From assembly GCA_016845585.1 (NCBI GenBank), contig JAERSO010000102.1:23086-87085 (forward strand): a stretch of 64,000 nucleotides of DNA, read 5' to 3'. This document shows, one piece after another, positions 30,701 through 37,827 of the stretch. A model generated the notes under the pieces. It did not search any database. It was not told where the DNA came from and saw nothing but the letters and a program-made list of their open reading frames with translations. Made by a program: the position numbers and the translations under genes. This DNA is from Acidimicrobiaceae bacterium (lineage in GTDB: Bacteria > Actinomycetota > Acidimicrobiia > Acidimicrobiales > Aldehydirespiratoraceae). Positions within the stretch are counted from its first letter, which is position 1; each line of letters opens with the position of its first letter.

Positions 30701-32537
30701 CCGCCTCATCGCGGCCTTCGACCACCGCCATGTGTTCGTCGACCCCGACCCCGACCCCGCGCCGTCGTTCGCCGAGCGGCAGCGGCTCTTCGACGTCCCC
30801 CGCTCGAACTGGGCCGACTACGACGAGTCGCTGATCTCCGACGGTGGCGGCATCTTCCCCCGCACGGCCAAGTCGATCGAGATCACGCCCCAGATGCGCG
30901 ACGCGCTCGGGATCGATGCGAAGACCGGCTCGCTCACTCCTGAGCAACTGATCTCCGCTGTCCTGTGGGCACCCGTCGAACTGCTCTGGAACGGAGGCAT
31001 CGGCACCTACATCAAGGCCAGCCACGAGTCGCATGCCGATGTCGGCGACAAGGCCAATGATGCGATCCGCATCGACGGACGCGATCTTCGAGTGAGCGTC
31101 CTCGGCGAGGGCGGCAATCTCGGGGTCACCCAGCTGGGCCGAATCGAATTCGCCTCCAATGGGGGTCGCATCTACACCGACGCCATCGACAATGCCGGGG
31201 GCGTCGACTGCTCGGACCATGAGGTCAACATCAAGATCCTCCTCGATCAGGTCACGGCCGCAGGCGACATGACCGAGAAGCAGCGCAACGAGTTGCTCGA
31301 GGAGATGACGGACGAGGTCGCCGCACTGGTCCTCGCCAACAACTACAGCCAGACGCAAGCCCTGAGTACCGCTCGGTCCGAGGCGGCCAGCATGGCGGAC
31401 GTGCACGCCCGCTATCTGTCGTCGCTCGAGAGCCAGGGCCTGATCGATCGCCGGCTCGAAGGGCTCCCCGACGTCGAGACCATGGCCGACCGCATGCTCG
31501 CGGCGAACGGACTCACGACACCGGAACTCGCCGTGCTGCTCGCGTACACGAAGAACATCGTGAGCGATGCGCTGCTCGAATCAGATGTGCCGGACGACGC
31601 GACCTTCGAGCGAATCCTCGTCGACTACTTCCCGACCGCAATGCGCGATCGCTACGCCGCCGAGATCAGGAGCCACCGCCTTCGGCGCGAGATCATCGCC
31701 AATCGCATCGCGAATCTCGTGGTCGATCGAGCAGGCATGTCGATGGCGTACCGCCTCGGCCAGGAGACCTCCGCTCCCACCCACGACGTCGCCGCGGCGC
31801 ATATGGCGGTGTGGCAGATCTTCGAGCTCGACGGCCTCAGCACGGCGGTCAATCAGCTGGACGGGCAGCTGCCTGTGGTCCGCCAGCTCGCGGCGCATCT
31901 CTCCGCCCGCCAACTCGCCGAACGGGCCACCCGTCTCATGCTTCGGAGTCACCCCTATCCGTTCTCGGCCGCCGATGCCGTCGCAGATCTCGCCGAGCCG
32001 GTCCAGGCGATCCTCGGCGGCCTTCCCGACTTCCTTCAAGGCGCCGATCTCACGGCCTTCGAGCAACTGGCCGTCGAGCTCGAGGCGGATGGCATGCCAG
32101 CCGAGCTGGCGCGCCGAGTGGCAGCCCTGTCTCCATCGATCGCCGCGCTCGACATCGTCGGCGTGTCGGCGCAGACCGGCACGCCCACCAACACCGCCGC
32201 CTCCGTTCATTTCGCCATCGCCGACCACCTCGAGCTGAACTGGCTGCGAGACCGCATCCTGGCCCTGCCCCGCGACACGCAGTGGTCATCGCTCGCCCGA
32301 CTCACCCTCCGCGGTGATCTCTACGCCGACCATCGCGAGCTCACGACGCAGATCGTCGACAATGACGCCCAGGCCGACGCCACCGAGCTCGTTGCCCGGT
32401 GGATGGCCCACAACACGGGGCCGGTCGAGTACTTCCGCCGCACCATCACCGACATCCGTGCCGCCGGTCCAACTGATCTGACGACCCTGCTCGTCGCCGC
32501 TCGCGAGCTGCGGAACCTGATCTCGCGGACCACCTGA
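27717..32537 (+). CDS. gdh: Large NAD-specific glutamate dehydrogenase (about 1600 aa)
   Basis: DDMPFIVDSV, EGVHLR, RGGLRWSDR, KAQMVKNAVIVPSGAKGGF, VAADKGTATFSD, GIGDMSGDVFGNG, DAIDNAGGVDCSDHEVNIKI. Confidence 0.95.
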   Translation: MGNHSGADASTVEAVEHVVAHARASGGDQAGVDEAYLRCYFAHIDENDLADRAPGDLFGLAADHAQLAADWTRGTTAISVVNPRIDVDGWENSRTVVMLVADDMPFIVDSVTNELSRMNLGIHLVVHPILTDLRQDGGGFADPRDHPDVIHRNASFMSIEVDRQLEAESRAAIEAGLDRVLDDVAAAIDDWAAMRDRMLEIADGLSSEPIPRSPEEVGDTQELLDWLSNDHFVFLGYREYTLDGDLLGADPATGLGILRTTPETAPQPRLLSEMAPRAAALARAPELLNITKARAKSTVHRAAHLDYIGIKMFNDDGEVTGERRFLGLLTAEAYTRPTSQIPILRRLVAEVVQRSGFPPNGHDQKRLITILEEYPRDELFQISVDQLFDTAMAIARLQERRRVRLFARPELFGRFVTCMVYMPRDRYNTDSRTGIQDLLLDAYGGTHADWSTDISESVLARTIFHIRVDDGVVNEVDTAELEAKIEEIVRDWQDDLIAELLRDFGDDHGAAIAQRYAEAFAVDYREAFTPRAAAADVHQLEDLRDNGELHLSVYREPGQPRNAFKIKLYRSGEQLSLTSVMPILNNLGVTVLDERPYEVRPNDADSIWVYDFALESPADSLDFAQVSALLAETFDAVWRGDVANDGFNRLVLGAAMGPREVWVLRAYSRYLQQTRVAHSQLFVEQTLVEHADAARLLVELFEARFDPAGDDGTRYDRMEPLSRAFFELVDEISSLDQDRVLRRFHNLIESTLRTNCYQTIDGASPPYLAFKLDPKTITDLPEPRPKYEIYVYSPRFEGVHLRSGTVARGGLRWSDRLDDYRTEVLGLVKAQMVKNAVIVPSGAKGGFVLKRAPTDPAELREEVVTCYQLFVSALLDLTDNLVDDAVIPPEDTVRYDGDDTYLVVAADKGTATFSDIANELAINRGMWLGDAFASGGSNGYDHKAMGITARGGWESVKRHFRELGRNIQEEPFTAVGIGDMSGDVFGNGMLLSPFTRLIAAFDHRHVFVDPDPDPAPSFAERQRLFDVPRSNWADYDESLISDGGGIFPRTAKSIEITPQMRDALGIDAKTGSLTPEQLISAVLWAPVELLWNGGIGTYIKASHESHADVGDKANDAIRIDGRDLRVSVLGEGGNLGVTQLGRIEFASNGGRIYTDAIDNAGGVDCSDHEVNIKILLDQVTAAGDMTEKQRNELLEEMTDEVAALVLANNYSQTQALSTARSEAASMADVHARYLSSLESQGLIDRRLEGLPDVETMADRMLAANGLTTPELAVLLAYTKNIVSDALLESDVPDDATFERILVDYFPTAMRDRYAAEIRSHRLRREIIANRIANLVVDRAGMSMAYRLGQETSAPTHDVAAAHMAVWQIFELDGLSTAVNQLDGQLPVVRQLAAHLSARQLAERATRLMLRSHPYPFSAADAVADLAEPVQAILGGLPDFLQGADLTAFEQLAVELEADGMPAELARRVAALSPSIAALDIVGVSAQTGTPTNTAASVHFAIADHLELNWLRDRILALPRDTQWSSLARLTLRGDLYADHRELTTQIVDNDAQADATELVARWMAHNTGPVEYFRRTITDIRAAGPTDLTTLLVAARELRNLISRTT

Positions 32538-32610
32538 CCGGCCCAGCCGCGCCCGACGGCCAATCGGGGTCGAGCGAACCGGGCGGCGTTGGCGCGATAC
32601 TGCACGCAGC

Positions 32611-33657
32611 ATGGAGCCGCCGACCTCGAAGCTAACCGATCTGCGGGTTCGACTCGTCGGAACGGAGTCGTCTCCGCGGGTGGGCAGCCTTGCTCGACCC
32701 CTCCGGCCGGTCCTCCGGCCGATGATCCGCAAACTCTTCAGCGTCGATGTCCGCGGTCTCGAGAACCTCCCGGTGTCCGGTCCGGCGATTCTCAGTCCGA
32801 ACCATCGCTCGTTCTTCGATTCGCCACTCTTGATGATCATGGCGCCGCGGCCAGTGGTGTTCCTCGGCAAGGCCGAGTACATGGACAGCGCGAAGACGAA
32901 GTACCTGTTCCCCGCATTCGGCATGGTGCCGATCAAGCGCGAGGCACAACGAGCGTCGATGGCGGCGCTCGACACCGCTGCGGACCTGCTGGACGAAGGC
33001 AGGCTCGTCGGGATCTATCCAGAAGGGACACGCTCGCGCGACGGAATGCTCCATCGGGGCCACACCGGTGTCACTCACTTGGCTCTGATGACGAACGCAC
33101 CGATCATCCCGGTCGGCCTCACCGGCACCGAACGGGTCCAGCCCATCGATGCTCCGCTACCACGTCCGTTCCAGGGCCCGGTCACCATGACCTTCGGTCG
33201 CGCGATACGACCAGCCGACTACCGTTTCGGCGGGAAGCGGCACCGCCGCCAGCAAATGCTCGATGACGTGATGGCCTCCGTCGCCTCGATGAGCTCGCAG
33301 ACCAGGTCACCCGACTTCGCATCCGGCGAACCGCCGCTGATCCGTGGTGGGAGCGAAACGGTGTACCGGGTCTCACGTCATGGCGCGGTCGGCTCCGGCT
33401 GGCGTCAAGCGGCGGAGCAGGCTCTGGGCGAGGCGATCGGCCAGTTCGACGACGGCCGCGTCGGAGAGGTCGCCGACCTGTCGGTCCGGGTCCTGCCATC
33501 CGGTGACATCCGGTTCGCGGCCGAGATCACCGTGTCCACGCGCTTTCGCCCGGAAGCCGCCCCCGGATCCACTGATCCGGGGCCCGGGGCGTCAACCGGA
33601 TCGAAGCGATCGAGCATTCCAGAACTGTCCAGAATAGGGAGAGGCCGACATGGCTGA
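32611..33657 (+). CDS. PlsC/lysophospholipid acyltransferase with a C-terminal dodecin-like domain
   Basis: NHRSFFD (HX4D), FLGKAE and GIYPEGTRS; residues 248-312 (nt 33352-33546) align with the adjacent dodecin. Confidence 0.85.
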   Translation: MEPPTSKLTDLRVRLVGTESSPRVGSLARPLRPVLRPMIRKLFSVDVRGLENLPVSGPAILSPNHRSFFDSPLLMIMAPRPVVFLGKAEYMDSAKTKYLFPAFGMVPIKREAQRASMAALDTAADLLDEGRLVGIYPEGTRSRDGMLHRGHTGVTHLALMTNAPIIPVGLTGTERVQPIDAPLPRPFQGPVTMTFGRAIRPADYRFGGKRHRRQQMLDDVMASVASMSSQTRSPDFASGEPPLIRGGSETVYRVSRHGAVGSGWRQAAEQALGEAIGQFDDGRVGEVADLSVRVLPSGDIRFAAEITVSTRFRPEAAPGSTDPGPGASTGSKRSSIPELSRIGRGRHG

Positions 33658-33862
33658 GAGTGTGTACCAGGTCGTCGAGTTGATCGGCTCGAGCAGCGAC
33701 TCGTGGGAGGACGCAGCGCGCAACGCGGTTCGTGAGGCGGCCAAGGTCTACCAGGATCTCCGCGTCGCGGAAGTCACCGAGATGGATGTGCTCATCGAGG
33801 ACGGGAACATCATCGCGTTCCGGACCAAGCTCCGGCTCAGCTACAAGAGCACCAACGCCTGA
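33650..33862 (+). CDS. Dodecin-family protein (70 aa)
   Basis: SVYQVVELIGSSSDSWEDAARNAV...LRVAEV...FRTKLRLSYK; GGAGAGG RBS; overlaps the upstream gene by 8 nt. Confidence 0.9.
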   Translation: MAESVYQVVELIGSSSDSWEDAARNAVREAAKVYQDLRVAEVTEMDVLIEDGNIIAFRTKLRLSYKSTNA

Positions 33863-33864
33863 TG

Positions 33865-33893
33865 GCCCTCGGCGCGTGATCCCCGAGGGTTTT
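33865..33893 (+). terminator. Probable intrinsic terminator after the dodecin gene
   Basis: GCCCTCGG-N10-CCGAGGGT stem followed by TTT, just after the stop codon. Confidence 0.5.
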
Positions 33894-33946
33894 CGCGTCC
33901 GCTCATTCTTTGGGGCACACTGGACCGCAGAACGAGGAGCTCTCCG

Positions 33947-35263
33947 ATGACCGATACCACCGAAGAACCGACGATCTTCGACCCGAACATCCGCACGCCC
34001 GAGATGGAGATGGCCGAGCTCGGAGAGGGTGTTCCCGCCGCGGCCGACCTCGCGCTCGAGGACATCAACCCGCTCAATGCGCACCTCTTCAAGGAGGACC
34101 GCTGGCAGGACCACTTCGCTCGCCTCCGCGCCGAGGATCCCGTCCACTTCAACGAACTCGAGACAGCCGGCCGATTCTGGTCGGTCACCAAGTACGACGA
34201 CGTCCGCGCGGTCGACGGCGACTGGAAGACCTACTCCTCGGCCCGTGGCATCACCCTCGGCCTGAAGCGCAGTCCGGAGGTCGATCGAATGACCACCAGC
34301 GCCACCTCGTTCATCTCCATGGATCCACCCACACACACCGAACAGCGCAAAACCGTCCGGAGTGTTTCCGCGCCGTCCAATCTGCGAAACATCGAGCCGC
34401 TGATCCGCGAGCGCACCATCAGCGTCCTCGACTCGCTCCCGGACGGTGAGACCTTCGACTGGGTCGACACCGTCTCCATCGAACTCACGACGCTGCTTCT
34501 CGCCACCCTCTTCGACTTCCCCCTCGAGGATCGCCGCAAGCTCACTCGCTGGTCCGACATCGTCTTCGCCATCCCGGAACCCGGAGGCGTCGTCGAGACG
34601 CAGCAACAAAAGATCGACGAGATGCTCGAGATGGTCGGCTACTTCGAGGGCCTCTGGGCCGAGCGTCGCAAGAACCCCGGATTCGACCTCGTTTCCATGC
34701 TGGCCAATGGTGAGGCCACCAAAGACATGCCCACGATGGCGCACCTCGGCAACCTCCTGTTGTTGATCGTCGGCGGCAACGACACCACTCGCAACACCAT
34801 GTCGGGCAGCGTGTACGGGCTCAACAAGTTCGGCGATCAGTACGACAAGCTCATCGCCGACCCGGGGCTCGTTCCGAAGATGGTGCCGGAGATCATCCGG
34901 TGGCAGACGCCGCTGTCCTACATGCGCCGCACGGCCACCTGCGACACCGAACTCGGCGGGAAGCAGATCCGCAAGGACGACCAGGTCCTCATGTGGTACA
35001 TCTCCGCGAACCAGGACGAAGACGTCTTCACCAACGCCGAGGTGATCGACATCGATCGCCACAACGCCGACCGGCAGCTCTCGTTCGGCTACGGCATCCA
35101 CTTCTGTATGGGAAGCCGCTTGGCCGAGCTCCAGCTCCGGATTCTGTGGGAGGAAGTGCTGGCGCGCTTCGAACGCGTCGAGGTTCAAGACGAGCCCGAG
35201 CGCACCTTCTCGTCGTTCGTGCACGGCTATGCCACGCTCCCGGTGAAGGTCACCCGGAAGTGA
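33947..35263 (+). CDS. Cytochrome P450, CYP153 (alkane omega-hydroxylase)-like
   Basis: FISMDPPTH, DWVDTVSIELTT, LGNLLLLIVGGNDTTRN (CYP153 I-helix), EIIRWQTPLSYMRR, FGYGIHFCMG heme cysteine. Confidence 0.88.
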   Translation: MTDTTEEPTIFDPNIRTPEMEMAELGEGVPAAADLALEDINPLNAHLFKEDRWQDHFARLRAEDPVHFNELETAGRFWSVTKYDDVRAVDGDWKTYSSARGITLGLKRSPEVDRMTTSATSFISMDPPTHTEQRKTVRSVSAPSNLRNIEPLIRERTISVLDSLPDGETFDWVDTVSIELTTLLLATLFDFPLEDRRKLTRWSDIVFAIPEPGGVVETQQQKIDEMLEMVGYFEGLWAERRKNPGFDLVSMLANGEATKDMPTMAHLGNLLLLIVGGNDTTRNTMSGSVYGLNKFGDQYDKLIADPGLVPKMVPEIIRWQTPLSYMRRTATCDTELGGKQIRKDDQVLMWYISANQDEDVFTNAEVIDIDRHNADRQLSFGYGIHFCMGSRLAELQLRILWEEVLARFERVEVQDEPERTFSSFVHGYATLPVKVTRK

Positions 35264-35267
35264 TCGG

Positions 35268-35286
35268 GCGGCGAGCTGCTCGCCGC
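35268..35286. terminator. Inverted repeat between convergent genes (possible bidirectional terminator)
   Basis: GCGGCGAGC-T-GCTCGCCGC perfect inverted repeat between the CYP153 and Na/Pi cotransporter stops. Confidence 0.5.
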
Positions 35287-35291
35287 TCCAC

Positions 35292-36959
35292 TCAGCTCGT
35301 GGCCTGGTCCTCCACCGGGATCGCCACCCGGGCCGTTCGTTTCGCGAAGTAGAAGATCCGGCGCAGGTTGGCGATGACGTCCGTTTCGAACCGGTAGAGC
35401 TCGATTCGATTCGCCTCGTCGGCGGTCAGCCGTGCCGCATAGTGCTCGGCGATGACCTGGGCCTTCGCATCCACATCGTCCTTCATCGCGCCGACCTGGC
35501 GAGCATCTTCCTCGTTGGCTTGCACGAGGGCGGCGATGGCCAGATCGAGGGCCTGGCTGACCTGCCCATGGAACTCCTCGATCATGCGACGGGTCTCGTC
35601 GCTGACCTGGAGGTCGTTGGCCAGCCGATCGAGGCCGAGTGTGACCAGGTTGGTCTCGATGAGGTCACCGATGGCCTCGAGGTTGTTCGTGGCCTCCATG
35701 AGGCGCATGAGCTGTTGCGTGGAGCCTGCACTCAGCGACCGTTGTCCGACCCGGCCCAGGTACAGGATGATCTGTCCATGGAGGTCGTCGACCTCGTCAT
35801 CGAGATCCCTCACCGCCTTCAGGGCCTCGGCAGGGCCATCGAGGATCGCCGGCAAGACGTCCCGGAGCATGACGCCGACCCGGTTGGTCATGCGCAGCAG
35901 TTCGAGCCTGGCCCGTTCGAGCGCGATCGTCGGCGTCTTCAGGAGCGAATCGTCGAGATACTTGAGCCGGATCGGCTCCGCTTCGGGGTGGTCCGGCACG
36001 AATCGAGTGACGACCTGCTCGAGCTGCCGCACCAGGCCGAGAAAGACGACCGTGTTGACGACGTTGAAGATGGTGTGGGCGTTGGCGATCTGACGGGCGA
36101 GAGGACCACCGATCGACTCGACCACTCCCGCCAGTATCCCCACCAGAGGAATCCAGATGAGGGCACCCATCAGGTTGAAGACCGTGTGAACCGCGGCCGC
36201 GCGAGCCGCCTCCGGTGGCTTGCCGATCGCCGCGAGCTGGGCCGTGACCGAGGTGCCGACGTTGGCGCCGAGCACCAGCGCGATCCCGGCCTCCGGGCTG
36301 ATGAGCCCTTCGCTCGCCAACACGATCACGATGCCCGTCGTCGCTGACGAAGACTGGACGAGCGCGGTGAACACCAGACCGACGAGAACCGCGAGGAGCG
36401 GGTTCTTCATCGCCGCCAGGAGATCGATGAAGGGTTCGTATGACCGAAGCGGCTCCATGGCAGCTCCCATCACCGACATGCCGAAGAAGATCAGCCCGAG
36501 GCCCATGATCAGGTTGCCCTGTACGGTTCGCCGATCCGTCTTGGCGAAGAAGGCCAGCCCGTAGCCGACGGCCACGATCAGGAGCGCATAGCGCGCCACG
36601 GAGAACGCCACGACCTGGGCGGTGATCGTGGTGCCGACATTGGCTCCGAGAATCACGGGAATCGCCTGGCTGAGGCTCAGCACGCCCGACGAGATGAAGC
36701 CCACGACGAGAACGGTCGTGACCGACGACGACTGGATGACCGCCGTGACGCCGGCGCCCGAGGCCGCACCCAGGAATCGGTTCCGGGTCATGCGTGCGAG
36801 GGCAAACCGAATTCGACTACCGGCGGCGACTCGCAGGGCCCCCGTCATTCGATCCATCCCGAACAGGAAGATCGCCAGGCCGCCGAACAAGCCGGTGACC
36901 ACGATGAACCAATCGATCGCTTCGCCGGGATCGATCGCCGCATCCACAGCGGCAAGCAT
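35292..36959 (-). CDS. Na+/Pi cotransporter with PhoU-like C-terminal domains
   Basis: GGLAIFLFGM; QSSS twice; GANVGT twice; helical C-terminus with NLEAIGD. Confidence 0.92.
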   Translation of the reverse strand: MLAAVDAAIDPGEAIDWFIVVTGLFGGLAIFLFGMDRMTGALRVAAGSRIRFALARMTRNRFLGAASGAGVTAVIQSSSVTTVLVVGFISSGVLSLSQAIPVILGANVGTTITAQVVAFSVARYALLIVAVGYGLAFFAKTDRRTVQGNLIMGLGLIFFGMSVMGAAMEPLRSYEPFIDLLAAMKNPLLAVLVGLVFTALVQSSSATTGIVIVLASEGLISPEAGIALVLGANVGTSVTAQLAAIGKPPEAARAAAVHTVFNLMGALIWIPLVGILAGVVESIGGPLARQIANAHTIFNVVNTVVFLGLVRQLEQVVTRFVPDHPEAEPIRLKYLDDSLLKTPTIALERARLELLRMTNRVGVMLRDVLPAILDGPAEALKAVRDLDDEVDDLHGQIILYLGRVGQRSLSAGSTQQLMRLMEATNNLEAIGDLIETNLVTLGLDRLANDLQVSDETRRMIEEFHGQVSQALDLAIAALVQANEEDARQVGAMKDDVDAKAQVIAEHYAARLTADEANRIELYRFETDVIANLRRIFYFAKRTARVAIPVEDQATS

Positions 36960-36982
36960 GGCGGGGCCCGTCGCCAGGATGG

Positions 36983-37402
36983 CTACAACATCTCCTGCAG
37001 CAACCTGATGAGGTCGGTGCTCGTGACGATGCCGGCCAATTCACCCAGGGCGTCGGTGATCAGCACCGAGTGGATCTCGCCTGACGCCATGAGGTCGGCG
37101 GCGGCGCGAACCGCCTGATCGGACGAGACGCTGACCAGGTCGGTGGTCATCGCATCCTCGAGCGTGAACTGATGATCGAGATAGCTGCGCAGCATCTGCT
37201 CGTCGTGGCCGTCGACGTCGTAGACGAGACGCAAGATGTCCGTGGCCGAGATCATCCCGACGGGCCTCTTCCCGTCGACCACGGGCACATGGTGAAAGGG
37301 AAGCTCCTTGAACAAGCGGTACACGTCGGACAACGGCTGGCCGAGATGAACCGTGATCGGTTCAGGGGTCATCACATCGAGCATCTTCGGTCTGTTCTTC
37401 AC
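36983..37402 (-). CDS. CBS-pair domain protein
   Basis: DVMTPEPITV, HHVPVVD, GMISATD, DAMTTDLVSV, GIVTSTD; GTG start at 37402. Confidence 0.85.
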   Translation of the reverse strand: MKNRPKMLDVMTPEPITVHLGQPLSDVYRLFKELPFHHVPVVDGKRPVGMISATDILRLVYDVDGHDEQMLRSYLDHQFTLEDAMTTDLVSVSSDQAVRAAADLMASGEIHSVLITDALGELAGIVTSTDLIRLLQEML

Positions 37403-37501
37403 GGCCGCAACTCTTCTACCACGGCCGATTTCTGTCCAGGGCACAACGTCCCGAGGGGCACGCGCCGGACGCCCCAGGCGGCCACGCGTCGATGACACGC
37501 C

Positions 37502-37770
37502 ATGCGGCTACGCAAGACCGCCACCCGAGAAGCACTCGCCGGTGACGGCGAACGGCTCCTGGTCCAACAGGCCCACCGAGCCACAACCGCACCCAAGGAC
37601 GGCAAACGCCCCCTGCCCCGTCGTCGTCATCCACACCGGCCCGGACACCCTCAAGACCGAACTCGCCCGCACCCCCGGGGTGGAACCCCCACCACCACTC
37701 CACACCCGACGACTCTGCGAAACCGACTCCGGCACCACCCACCAGACCACCGCCACAAGAAACCCGAACC
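37502..37770 (+). mobile_element. Degraded fragment of a DUF222/HNH (13E12-repeat-like) gene
   Basis: Strongly C/A-skewed tract; two frames give TTAPKDGKRP and PVVVIHTGPDTLKTELA...RRLCETDSGT, resembling the middle of actinobacterial DUF222 proteins; no start, HNH motif or element ends visible. Confidence 0.45.
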
Positions 37771-37827
37771 GGGCTGAGCCCCGGAGCCGGCACCGGCGCA
37801 AGACAGATTGGGCGACGCCGCCGCCAT

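Noticed and set aside
30741-30760. GACCCC x3 short tandem repeat
   Set aside because: Encodes the conserved DPDPDP segment of NAD-GDH
29574-31406. 610-aa minus-strand ORF opposite gdh
   Set aside because: Antisense shadow of a strongly codon-biased gene; no independent motifs
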